From contig AP029158.1 of the NCBI GenBank assembly GCA_037076615.1, positions 397,337-461,336 of the forward strand: DNA of 64,000 nt, read 5' to 3'. A program made the position numbers and the translations under genes. Each line of letters starts with the position of its first letter. The stretch's first letter is position 1. This stretch comes from Candidatus Parcubacteria bacterium. Lineage in GTDB: Bacteria > Patescibacteriota > Patescibacteriia > Patescibacteriales > UBA12465. The notes under the pieces were generated by a model, which saw only the letters and a program-made list of their open reading frames with translations, had not been told where the DNA came from and searched no databases. Below, piece by piece: positions 55,600-64,000 of this stretch.

Positions 55600-56879
55600 A
55601 TAAACTCACTAAGGGCTTGGCGCTTTTGTTCGCCACTAACCATATCTTTCACCGAGACCTCCTCGGCCGCTAATTCTTCCTCCCCTAAGAGATAAACTGT
55701 TTTCACTGACCAGTGATTAGCGAGCGCCAATTTCTTTTTTAATTTTTCCGACTCATAGGCGCCGGCGACACTTAGACCACGACGACGCAGACTGTCAGCT
55801 AACTGCTCGCCACGCTGGCGATCATCACTAATCACTAAAGCCTCCGCCACGGGCGGCGTGATTTCCGGTAAAAGTCCAGCAGTTTTTAATTGATAAAAAA
55901 GACGCGACAGGCCGATTGAAGCCCCGACGCCAGGGAAAGCACGGTTAGAAAAGCCGGCCACTAAGTTTTCATAGCGGCCGCCCGAACAAATAGAACCGAG
56001 CTCCGGATAGTCGTCTAAAAATGTTTCCCAAACAGTGCCGGTGTAATAATCTAAACCGCGAGCAATAGAGAGATCAAAAGAATAATTAGCGGCGGGAACC
56101 CCGTAATCACTTAAACATTGCGCCAGCTCTTGAAGCTCGCCCAAGCCGACCACAAAGTCCGGATGCTTAATGTCTAATTCTTCCAAGCCCGCTAAAACGT
56201 CGCCGTTAAGAGAGGCAAGGGCGAGAATTTGTGAGCTCGCCAAAGAGTCAACGCCTAACTTTTTTAATTCGGCCTGGCAAGACTCAGCACCAATCTTGGG
56301 CAGCTTATCTAAAATTCTTAAAATTTCGGTCGCCGCCGCGCTTAAATCTAAAGACGCCAGTAGCCCTGACAACAATTTGCGATTACTAATTTTAATCGTA
56401 AACGAACCAATGGCTAACTTCTCAAAAACCGTCGCAATCACTTTAATAATTTCCGCTTCGGCGCTAAGCGGCAAAACACCCTCGGCAATAATATCAATAT
56501 CGGCTTGATAGAATTCGCGATAGCGACCTTTCTGCGGACGCTCACCGCGATAAACCTTAGCTACCTGATAACGTTTAAAGGGAAAAGTTAACGCCCCGCT
56601 GTACTCACTAATATAACGCGCGAGTGGAACAGTCAGATCAAAACGAAGGGCTAAGTTGTCACTGTTATTTTCTAAAAAATAAAGCTGATGCTCCGTTTCT
56701 CCGCCAGCCTTAGCCAGTAAGACTTCACGGCGCTCCAAAACGGGGGTATCTAAGGGGATAAAACCAAAAGAGCGATAGGTTGCTGTGACCGTTTGTTTTA
56801 ACTGATCAAGTAGAAGCTGATCCGCCGGTAAATACTCGGGGAAACCAGAAACAGCGCTTGTTTTTATTTTTTTATTCAT
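55596..56879 (-). CDS. hisS: Histidine--tRNA ligase
   Basis: 427 aa with class II motifs (RYQVAKVYRGERPQKGRYREFYQADIDII) and a C-terminal anticodon-binding domain. Confidence 0.85.
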   Translation of the reverse strand: MNKKIKTSAVSGFPEYLPADQLLLDQLKQTVTATYRSFGFIPLDTPVLERREVLLAKAGGETEHQLYFLENNSDNLALRFDLTVPLARYISEYSGALTFPFKRYQVAKVYRGERPQKGRYREFYQADIDIIAEGVLPLSAEAEIIKVIATVFEKLAIGSFTIKISNRKLLSGLLASLDLSAAATEILRILDKLPKIGAESCQAELKKLGVDSLASSQILALASLNGDVLAGLEELDIKHPDFVVGLGELQELAQCLSDYGVPAANYSFDLSIARGLDYYTGTVWETFLDDYPELGSICSGGRYENLVAGFSNRAFPGVGASIGLSRLFYQLKTAGLLPEITPPVAEALVISDDRQRGEQLADSLRRRGLSVAGAYESEKLKKKLALANHWSVKTVYLLGEEELAAEEVSVKDMVSGEQKRQALSEFI

Positions 56880-56926
56880 ATAAGAGCATTAAACCAAAAG
56901 AGCGACGAAGTGTAAACCTTAAAGTT

Positions 56927-58369
56927 TTATTTTTTCTCGACCGTCGTTCGAGTTTTTTTCACTAAATTCTGACCGACGCGGAAAATATCACCGGCGCCCA
57001 AAAGAACCACTAAGTCATTAGGTTTGAGATTAGCGCGCAAATATTTTTCGGTCGCTTCAAGGTCGGGTTGGTAAATAACCGTTTGGCGGCGGCCGGTGGT
57101 TTTATTAACTTCTTTAATCGCCTCAATCAGCTCCGGACTAGAAACACCACCCTGCTCCTCGCGGGCCGAACCGTAAATATCTAAAACAACTAATAAATCG
57201 GCGTCGGCAAAACTGAGCGCAAAATCCTTAAACAAGGCCTTGGTGCGTGAAAAAGTATGCGGGTGAAAAGCAGCCACTAAGCGCTTGTCCTTATAAGCGG
57301 CGGCGAAAGTGCTAAGCGTGGCTTTAATTTCGGTCGGATGGTGGGCGTAATCATCAAAAATCGGCACACCTTGATATTTGCCCAAGAGTTGCGCCCGTCT
57401 GGTTGTGCCTTTAAATGTCGCTAAATGTTTTTTAATTACCTCTAGCGGGAGTTCTAATTCTAAGGCGGCACCGATAACCGCGAGCGCATTAAAAACATTG
57501 TGTCGGCCCAACAGTTTGGTTTTAAATTCACCCTGACCGCAAATTTTAAAATACTGCCAGCCGTTATCTAGGCGATAATCATAAGCGGCCAGGCGTACTC
57601 GTTTGGCCGCTGCCTTGGCTGAGGCCTCATCGACAAATAAATTATAATTCACCAGCTTCCCTTTTAAATAAGGATAAGTCCGGCGAACCGCGGAATCGTT
57701 ATCATTGGTAACCAAGAACCCGCGCGTCGGAATTTTGGCGACAAAATTAGCAAAGACCTGAAAATAAGAAGATTTAGTCGGAAAAAAATCGGGGTGATCG
57801 TAGTCAATATTACTAAGCACCGCGCCCACCGGCTGGAAATATTGTAATTTATTTTGATACTCATCAACTTCGGCAATAAATAAATCACTCTTCCCTAACT
57901 TCGCGCTCCCGCCTAGTTGCGGCACACTGGAGCCCACTAAAATACTGGGCTCTAAGCCAGCCTTATCTAAAACATAACCGAGCCAAGCCGAGATGGTCGT
58001 TTTGCCATGACTACCGATAACCGCCATACCGTGATGCGCACTAAAAATTTCTCCTAAAGCCGCGGCATAAGAAAGTTGTTTATAATCATGTTTTTTCTCC
58101 AGAAAAGCTAACTCAATATTACTCTCCGGCGTGTAAGCCGACGAATAGATAATCGTAGTATTCGAGCTGGGAACATTTTTCGGATCAAAACCGGAGCGAA
58201 CTTTAATTTTTGCTTGACGCAAAACCCTGTCGGTTAAAAAAGTCTCAGCAACATCCGAGCCGGACACTTTCGCTCCCGAGGCTTGCAAAAATTGCGCTAG
58301 CATTGTCATCCCCACCCCCTTGATACCGATTAGATAAACATTTTTATATTTCGCCGGTAGTTTAAACAT
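56927..58369 (-). CDS. murC: UDP-N-acetylmuramate--L-alanine ligase
   Basis: 480 aa with the N-terminal IGIKGVGMTMLAQ Rossmann motif and a central P-loop GSHGKTT. Confidence 0.9.
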   Translation of the reverse strand: MFKLPAKYKNVYLIGIKGVGMTMLAQFLQASGAKVSGSDVAETFLTDRVLRQAKIKVRSGFDPKNVPSSNTTIIYSSAYTPESNIELAFLEKKHDYKQLSYAAALGEIFSAHHGMAVIGSHGKTTISAWLGYVLDKAGLEPSILVGSSVPQLGGSAKLGKSDLFIAEVDEYQNKLQYFQPVGAVLSNIDYDHPDFFPTKSSYFQVFANFVAKIPTRGFLVTNDNDSAVRRTYPYLKGKLVNYNLFVDEASAKAAAKRVRLAAYDYRLDNGWQYFKICGQGEFKTKLLGRHNVFNALAVIGAALELELPLEVIKKHLATFKGTTRRAQLLGKYQGVPIFDDYAHHPTEIKATLSTFAAAYKDKRLVAAFHPHTFSRTKALFKDFALSFADADLLVVLDIYGSAREEQGGVSSPELIEAIKEVNKTTGRRQTVIYQPDLEATEKYLRANLKPNDLVVLLGAGDIFRVGQNLVKKTRTTVEKK

Positions 58370-58381
58370 ATGATCTTTAAG

Positions 58382-59473
58382 TTAATTTCGATTCTCTTGT
58401 TCCCAAGTTAAAATAATTTCGGCTAGGGTCGCCGCCGCCCCTGGTTTAATAAATTCACCTATTTCTCGAGACAAGGCCGCCCGGGTTTCATCTTGAGTCA
58501 ATAAACGATGAACAGTTGGTACTAAAGACTCCGCCAGTTCTTCTTGACTTAAAACCCAAGCCGCTCCGGCCGCCCGGGCCGCTTCGGCATTTTTCTCTTG
58601 ATGGGTTTTGGGCATCGGAATTAGCAAGCTGACTTTTTTTAAAGCGGCGAGCTCCGTTAAAGTTCCTAGTCCTGGACGCGCAATTACTAAGTCGGCGGCC
58701 GCCAGTAAAGACCAAAGCTCTTGATGACTAACAAATTCTTGCTGGTAATAACCCGATGCCTGTTGAGTAATTGTCTTGCCCCGACCAGTTAAATGAATTA
58801 TTTGTCCCTTCTCCAAGAGTGCCGGTAATTTAGCCACCGCCGCCTCATTGATCGCGGCGGCGCCGGTACCGCCACCAAAAACTAAAATTAAAGGCCGAGC
58901 CAGACTAAAATTGTAACGCGCAAAAACAATTTCTTTTTTTTCTAAAGGAGGGATGGAATAAGGATTGCCAACTAAAAGAGCGCGCGAACCATAGTCTTTA
59001 ATCGAGTCGGCAAAAGTAACTGTAATCTGTCGCGCCGCCGGGGCCATTAATTTATTAGCCAGGCCAGCTTGTAAATCTTGTTGATGAATCAAAACGGGAA
59101 TCCTTAGAATTCGCGCCGCCCAAACTAAAGGGACGCTCACAAAAGAGCCGGCACTTACCACCGCCGCTGGCTTCAAACGCCCCAACAGCAGGAAGGAGCG
59201 AAAAAAGGCCCAAATAATAACAAAAATATCTAGAAAATTTTGCCAGGAAAAATAACGACGCCACTTGCCCGCCGGTAAAAAACTAAAAGAAATCGGCAAG
59301 TCTTTGGCGGCCTCAGCCACCAAAAGTTTTTCCGGACCCGATTTAGTGCCGACAAAAGAAAAGCTCCAATCCGGGCGCCGGCGAAAGATTTCCTTGGCGA
59401 CAGCCAGTAAAGGGGTCACGCTGCCACCAGTACCACCACCGGAAAATAAAATTATCGCCTGTTTATTGTTCAT
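58382..59473 (-). CDS. murG: Undecaprenyl-PP-MurNAc-pentapeptide UDP-GlcNAc transferase
   Basis: 363-aa GT-B fold glycosyltransferase with the N-terminal ILFSGGGTGGSVTPLLAVA motif. Confidence 0.9.
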   Translation of the reverse strand: MNNKQAIILFSGGGTGGSVTPLLAVAKEIFRRRPDWSFSFVGTKSGPEKLLVAEAAKDLPISFSFLPAGKWRRYFSWQNFLDIFVIIWAFFRSFLLLGRLKPAAVVSAGSFVSVPLVWAARILRIPVLIHQQDLQAGLANKLMAPAARQITVTFADSIKDYGSRALLVGNPYSIPPLEKKEIVFARYNFSLARPLILVFGGGTGAAAINEAAVAKLPALLEKGQIIHLTGRGKTITQQASGYYQQEFVSHQELWSLLAAADLVIARPGLGTLTELAALKKVSLLIPMPKTHQEKNAEAARAAGAAWVLSQEELAESLVPTVHRLLTQDETRAALSREIGEFIKPGAAATLAEIILTWEQENRN

Positions 59474-59477
59474 AAAA

Positions 59478-60638
59478 TTAACGCCGCGATGGTTCCTTTG
59501 TGTACTTACTAATATTCACCACCAAACCAACGGCAATTAGTGAAGATAAAATCGAGGAGCCACCGGCGGAAATAAAAGGCAACGGCACACCCGTCATCGG
59601 AATTAAATTTAATTGGCCGCCGATATTAAAAAAAGTTTGAATCGCTAACCAGAGACCGACACCGGTGGCCAGGTTGCGGCCATAGCGATCGGGAGCGAGC
59701 TTCGCCACTAAAAAAATTCGGTAAAACAAATAAAACAAAAGGATAATAAATAAAGTGGTTAAGATAAAACCAATCTCTTCAGCGATAATGGGAAAAATTG
59801 AATCCCCCCAAACCTCCGGTAAATACATAAACTTCTGCCGACTCTGTCCTAAACCGCGACCAAAAACACCCCCCGAACCAATGGCAATCAGGGACTGATT
59901 AATGTGAAAGCAAACATCCTGAGTATCAAAAGAAGGATCTACAAAACAGCGCAAGCGATTATCCTGATAAGAATAACCGCCGTCACTTCTAAATAGGGGC
60001 GAGACAAAAAGAACAGTCAGGCCCACTAGGGCAGTAATAATTAAGTGCTTCAGTTTCCCGCCGCCGACAAAGAAAACGCCTATTGCCATAGCAATAATAA
60101 TTACCAAACTGCCAAAATCAGGCTGCAGCATCATCAACAAGGAAATTACCACCAAAATAGTAAAAAAAGGCAGTGTCCCCGAAGAAAAAGAAGACAAATC
60201 CTTTTGCCTTGCCTCCAACCAAGTCGCCAAATAAATCAAAAAGGTTGCTTTAACAAGTTCGGAGGGTTGGAAAGAAAAACCGAATAAATTAATCCAGCTC
60301 CGGGAAGTTCCATAATCCGATTGCAAGCCGGGAATAAAAACTAAAAGCAAAAGGCCAATCGAGATGAGTAAAAAGGCGAAAGCGTATTTTTTCCAAAAAC
60401 GAAAATCAACCTTTTGGGCAACAAAAAAAGCCAGTAAGCCCAGGGCCAAAGCCGGTAGTTGTCTTAAAAGATAATGATATTGATTGCCAAACCTATTAAA
60501 AGAAACGACCGCCGAGGCAGTAAAGAGCATCGCTAAACCAATAAATAAAATCAAACCCAGAGCAATTAACATTTTTTTATCCAGCTCATGCGGTCTGTCA
60601 ACGGACTTTCTTTTAGTAATCGCTCCTTTAAGATTCAT
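59478..60638 (-). CDS. ftsW: SEDS-family peptidoglycan polymerase FtsW/RodA (FtsW by genomic context)
   Basis: 386 aa with 10 TM segments and the conserved C-terminal GGSS motif region. Lies between murG and mraY. Confidence 0.85.
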   Translation of the reverse strand: MNLKGAITKRKSVDRPHELDKKMLIALGLILFIGLAMLFTASAVVSFNRFGNQYHYLLRQLPALALGLLAFFVAQKVDFRFWKKYAFAFLLISIGLLLLVFIPGLQSDYGTSRSWINLFGFSFQPSELVKATFLIYLATWLEARQKDLSSFSSGTLPFFTILVVISLLMMLQPDFGSLVIIIAMAIGVFFVGGGKLKHLIITALVGLTVLFVSPLFRSDGGYSYQDNRLRCFVDPSFDTQDVCFHINQSLIAIGSGGVFGRGLGQSRQKFMYLPEVWGDSIFPIIAEEIGFILTTLFIILLFYLFYRIFLVAKLAPDRYGRNLATGVGLWLAIQTFFNIGGQLNLIPMTGVPLPFISAGGSSILSSLIAVGLVVNISKYTKEPSRR

Positions 60639-60661
60639 GATTTTAAAATAGTTGTCTCGGC

Positions 60662-61714
60662 CTAAAAACCGCGATCAACCAAGAAAATAATAACGCCAAT
60701 GATAGCCATGGCGCCGGCCACCAACCAAAAACGCATCACAATTTTGCTCTCCGGCCAGCCGATGGCTTGAAAATGATGATGAATCGGGGCAGACAGAAAA
60801 ACTTTTTTGCCCTGACGTAATTTTTTAGAAGTTAATTGAATAATAACTGATAACGATTCCAGTAAAAAGATAAAGCCAATAAAAATTAAAAGTAAGGCGC
60901 TGTTAGTCAGCAAAGCAATAATCGCCAGCGTAATTCCTAGACTCATCGACCCGGTATCGCCCATATAAAAACGAGCCGGCGGAATGTTGTACCATAAAAA
61001 AGCCATCAGCGCTCCGATAATCACCGCACAAAAAGTCGCTAACTCATAACGACCAAGGGTAAAAGCAATAACGGCATAAGCGGCAAAAGCTACCAGTAAA
61101 GTCCCTCCCGCTAGGCCATCTAAGCCGTCAGTTTCGTTAACCGAAAAAGCAGTCGCCACCACAATAAAGACAAAAACCGGAATATACCACCAGGAGATTT
61201 CAATATTGCCAACAAAAGGAACATGAAAAACCGTCCAATCCAATTTAAAATAAAACCAAAGCGCGCCAATTAAAGCGATTGCCGTGTAAATTAAAAGACG
61301 ATGGCGCATCTTTAAACCGCCGCCACCCAAGACGCCTTTACCACGTACATCTAGCCAGTCGTCAACTAAACCAATAAGGGCGGAAGCGACTAGAGCGCCT
61401 AAAGGAAGTAAGGTTTCCGAACGAGTTAAAAAATTTAGATTGCGAATGAGCTCCCAATCAAAAAGATGAGCGATTAAATAAAAAGCTGCCGCGAAAATTA
61501 AAACCGTTCCCCAAATCAAAACACCACCCATCGTTGGTGTCCCCTCTTTGGCGGCGTGAAGCTTAGAAAAAATTGGTGTCTCGCCGGAATTACGAATCTT
61601 TTTTCCCAGTTTGTGTTTGTATAAAAAATTTGTCAGTAGAGGCGTCATAAAACCGGCAAACAAAAAGGCGGCCATGGCGAGAAGCAGGATCTTGATAATG
61701 TAAAAATATTCCAT
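60662..61714 (-). CDS. mraY: Phospho-N-acetylmuramoyl-pentapeptide transferase
   Basis: 350-aa polytopic membrane protein with the conserved TPTMGG and DD motifs. Confidence 0.9.
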   Translation of the reverse strand: MEYFYIIKILLLAMAAFLFAGFMTPLLTNFLYKHKLGKKIRNSGETPIFSKLHAAKEGTPTMGGVLIWGTVLIFAAAFYLIAHLFDWELIRNLNFLTRSETLLPLGALVASALIGLVDDWLDVRGKGVLGGGGLKMRHRLLIYTAIALIGALWFYFKLDWTVFHVPFVGNIEISWWYIPVFVFIVVATAFSVNETDGLDGLAGGTLLVAFAAYAVIAFTLGRYELATFCAVIIGALMAFLWYNIPPARFYMGDTGSMSLGITLAIIALLTNSALLLIFIGFIFLLESLSVIIQLTSKKLRQGKKVFLSAPIHHHFQAIGWPESKIVMRFWLVAGAMAIIGVIIFLVDRGF

Positions 61715-61721
61715 ATATTTT

Positions 61722-62135
61722 TTAGCGGAAGTTCATTAAGTATATTAAAATAAGGGTCGCCAATATTCCTAGGTTGCTAACTGTTGCCGCCCCCATCAAA
61801 AAATGACTCTGAATTTTAAAGTGACGACCACTTCCCAAAATTACCAAGAAAATTAGGGTTAATAAAAGCAAAATAGCCCCCAAAAGAGGAAAATTAAAAA
61901 TTAGGTTAGGGGCGCCAATTTGGTCGATCCCAAAGTCAATATTATAGTGCAAAATCAGCAGACTCCCGGCAATTTCTTGATAGATGTGAGAAGCTAGCCA
62001 CCAGGAAGCGGCTTGAATAATTAAAATTGCCAATAAATACAAGCGATTAGCAGTCAAACCAAATAAATCTTTAATTGTTCCAGTCGCCTGCAAGCGCCAA
62101 TTTTGCAGTCGACCATAAAATTGCGAGTACGACAT
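61722..62135 (-). CDS. Hypothetical membrane protein (137 aa, 3-4 TM helices) upstream of mraY
   Basis: ORF whose call rests on hydrophobicity only. Confidence 0.4.
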   Translation of the reverse strand: MSYSQFYGRLQNWRLQATGTIKDLFGLTANRLYLLAILIIQAASWWLASHIYQEIAGSLLILHYNIDFGIDQIGAPNLIFNFPLLGAILLLLTLIFLVILGSGRHFKIQSHFLMGAATVSNLGILATLILIYLMNFR

Positions 62136-62222
62136 AATACTAGCTAAAATTAGGTTAAATACAATTCACTTTATCAGTTTAACATATTTTAACAATAAGA
62201 TAAATAATGATATAATAAGCAC

Positions 62223-63263
62223 ATGACTAATAAGAGCTTAAAAAAAATTAGCCGTTACGCGCGCCAGCACCAATTAACGGCGGTCGCGATTGCACCCGAG
62301 GGCGGTCGCCAGGTTTTGCGCGGCGAAAATAATCGTCGCCCTTACCGCTTAGTGATTGAGCCTAATTTTGCTGACGATTTAGGCGCGGCTTATCGGCGCC
62401 TGCTCGATCTGGCACCCGACGATTTAGTTAGTAATGCCTATTTAAAAGATGATTTTGGCCCCATGCGTCTGTCAATTATTCCTGAAGCGGGCGGCGAAAA
62501 AATCATTCTCCAATTTATTAACGATCCGTCGGGTCCCACTCGTTTAAGTCGGCTTGGTTTAGTAAGAGAGTCTCGGGTACAGATTAAAGAATTCTTGAAA
62601 CGTCGCCGCGGTTTAGTTGTCATTTTCAGCGACCATCACCAGGGAAAAACGACGACCTTACAAGCGCTGGTCCGTGAACTCGTTAGCGATAAAAGTGCCG
62701 GCGCGATTTTAGAAAAATATCCCGAAACAAAAATTGATCGGGTGAGTATTTTTCGCGAGCGCAACAAGCGGAAACAAAGTTTAGAAAAAATTAAGAAACA
62801 AGATTACGACTGGCTAGCAATTGACGATGCCGACACCGAGTTATTGACAGCAGCGCTCACGGCCGCGGCCGAAGGACGTTTAGTTTTAGCCGCCAGTCAC
62901 TCTAATCAACCGGCTCAAGCGGCCGCACAATTAAAGAAGATAGCTCCGGCCGATTTAGCTTTACTAATAATTTATCAAGAACTAAAAGATAAGAATTGCC
63001 CTCATTGTTTAATGGCTCGCCCGGCGCAGCACTACCAAGGATTACTAGACCGCTATTGGCCATCGGAAAAAAGTTATCGACCCAGTAAATTTTTTCACAG
63101 CCGCGGTTGTTCTTATTGTCAACATTCCGGCATTTACGGTCAAACCGCCGTTTTCGCTCTTGAGGAGTCAAAAGGTGGCAAGACCAAGTGGAGTGCCGCT
63201 TTAAGTACCGATTTAATTATTAAGGCGGCCAATGCTTTGATCGCTCCTCAAACTGAACTATGA
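62223..63263 (+). CDS. GspE/PilB-like secretion-ATPase-fold protein with a degenerate Walker A and a Cys4 zinc motif
   Basis: 346 aa. SDHHQGKTTTLQAL replaces the canonical GPTGSGKTTTL. An Asp box (WLAIDDADTE), a His-box-like segment (LVLAASHSNQP) and a tetracysteine motif (CPHC ... CSYC) resemble the C-terminal half of type II/IV secretion ATPases. Confidence 0.5.
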   Translation: MTNKSLKKISRYARQHQLTAVAIAPEGGRQVLRGENNRRPYRLVIEPNFADDLGAAYRRLLDLAPDDLVSNAYLKDDFGPMRLSIIPEAGGEKIILQFINDPSGPTRLSRLGLVRESRVQIKEFLKRRRGLVVIFSDHHQGKTTTLQALVRELVSDKSAGAILEKYPETKIDRVSIFRERNKRKQSLEKIKKQDYDWLAIDDADTELLTAALTAAAEGRLVLAASHSNQPAQAAAQLKKIAPADLALLIIYQELKDKNCPHCLMARPAQHYQGLLDRYWPSEKSYRPSKFFHSRGCSYCQHSGIYGQTAVFALEESKGGKTKWSAALSTDLIIKAANALIAPQTEL

Positions 63264-63916
63264 AAATTGCTTGTGTCATTCCCGCCTATAATGAGGCGAA
63301 AAATATCGCAGCCGTTTTAGAAAAAGTCTACCCCTTAGTTGACGAGTTGATTGTAGTTGACGACCACTCACATGACAAAACCAGCGCCATTGCTCTAAAT
63401 TATCCGGTGACGGTGATTCGCCACCCGATTAATCGCGGTCAAGGAGCAGCTCTAGAGACCGGCAACCAGTACGCCCTAAAAAATGGCGCCGACATTATTG
63501 TTCATTTTGACGCTGATGATCAATTTAAGAGCGAAGAAATACCGGTAGTTTTAGCGCCCCTCTTAAATGATGAAGCGGACGCCGTTTTTGGTTCTCGTTT
63601 TTTAGGACATGCTAATTTTCCACCCTTAAAGCGTTATTTGATTATGCCGCTGGCCCGCCAAATAAACCGCTGGCTCGGAGTAAGGACAACGGACCCTCAG
63701 AGTGGTTTTCGCGCTCTTAAAAGAGAGATTTGGGAACAGATAACAATTACTAATCGAGGAATGGCTCATTGCACCGAGATTCTTTTTAAAACCGTTAAAA
63801 CCGGCTGCCGTCTAAAAGAAGTGCCAATTGACGTAACTTATCATCACTTTGGTCAAAAAATTAGCGGAGGCTTTAGAATTATTAAAGATCTGCTCTTACA
63901 AAAATTTTCTAACTAA
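63260..63916 (+). CDS. Family 2 glycosyltransferase (dolichyl/polyprenyl-phosphate sugar transferase-like)
   Basis: 218 aa with an N-terminal CVIPAYNEAKNI motif, a DDHSHD (DxD) motif and a GT-A fold. Confidence 0.8.
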   Translation: MKIACVIPAYNEAKNIAAVLEKVYPLVDELIVVDDHSHDKTSAIALNYPVTVIRHPINRGQGAALETGNQYALKNGADIIVHFDADDQFKSEEIPVVLAPLLNDEADAVFGSRFLGHANFPPLKRYLIMPLARQINRWLGVRTTDPQSGFRALKREIWEQITITNRGMAHCTEILFKTVKTGCRLKEVPIDVTYHHFGQKISGGFRIIKDLLLQKFSN

Positions 63917-64000
63917 AATTATATGTTTTTTTCCTGGCAACAATTGCTCGCTTTAATCATTATCACTTTTTTCACGACCCAACTTTTTAAACAAAAACGT

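Overview
The window is a 64 kb stretch of a small-genome bacterium in which almost every gene is on the minus strand. It is most consistent with a Candidate Phyla Radiation (Patescibacteria)-like organism. This is an inference from three observations: there is no rpmD (L30) gene between rpsE and rplO, many ribosomal proteins and RpoD carry low-complexity charged extensions, and RpoA lacks a C-terminal domain. UGA is used as a stop codon and an intact RF2 gene is present, so the standard genetic code applies.

Gene content, reading the minus strand from high to low coordinates:
- A dcw-like block: mraY, ftsW, murG, murC, hisS, murB, alaS.
- One contiguous housekeeping super-cluster from about 52.6 kb down to 26 kb: the alpha operon (infA-rpmJ-rpsM-rpsK-rpsD-rpoA-rplQ), rplM-rpsI, prfB, comEC, a site-2 protease, the str operon (rpsL-rpsG-fusA-[small acidic ORF]-tuf), then S10-spc (rpsJ ... 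rplO-secY) followed by a 120-aa unknown protein where adk normally sits, then map-ruvX-recO. rpmB sits alone on the plus strand inside this cluster.
- Further down: aspS, a membrane protein, scpA-scpB, a D-Ala-D-Ala carboxypeptidase, gtrA-like, dnaG-rpoD, and tRNA-Asn.

Accessory-looking loci:
- 0-6.2 kb: a 1130-aa secreted surface protein with a 400-nt leader, an ECF sigma/anti-sigma pair, and a repeat- and palindrome-rich divergent control region in front of a small excisionase-type HTH gene.
- 10.2-13.1 kb: a secreted phosphodiester glycosidase and a PQQ-type sugar dehydrogenase.
- 13.1-16.1 kb: an AT-rich islet beside the tRNA, carrying a beta-lactamase-fold hydrolase, a minimal nucleotidyltransferase, an unknown 130-aa protein and a DUF378 membrane peptide.

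I also call several promoters with near-consensus sigma-70 hexamers and several intrinsic terminators, read directly from the sequence. I found no CRISPR array, no integrase or transposase, and no rRNA.

No single locus stands out as clearly novel. The best candidates are the sigma/anti-sigma-controlled surface-protein module with its shared N-terminal repeat domain, the AT-rich nucleotidyltransferase islet, the attenuator-like element between rpsJ and rplC, and the Phd-like ORF inserted into the str operon.
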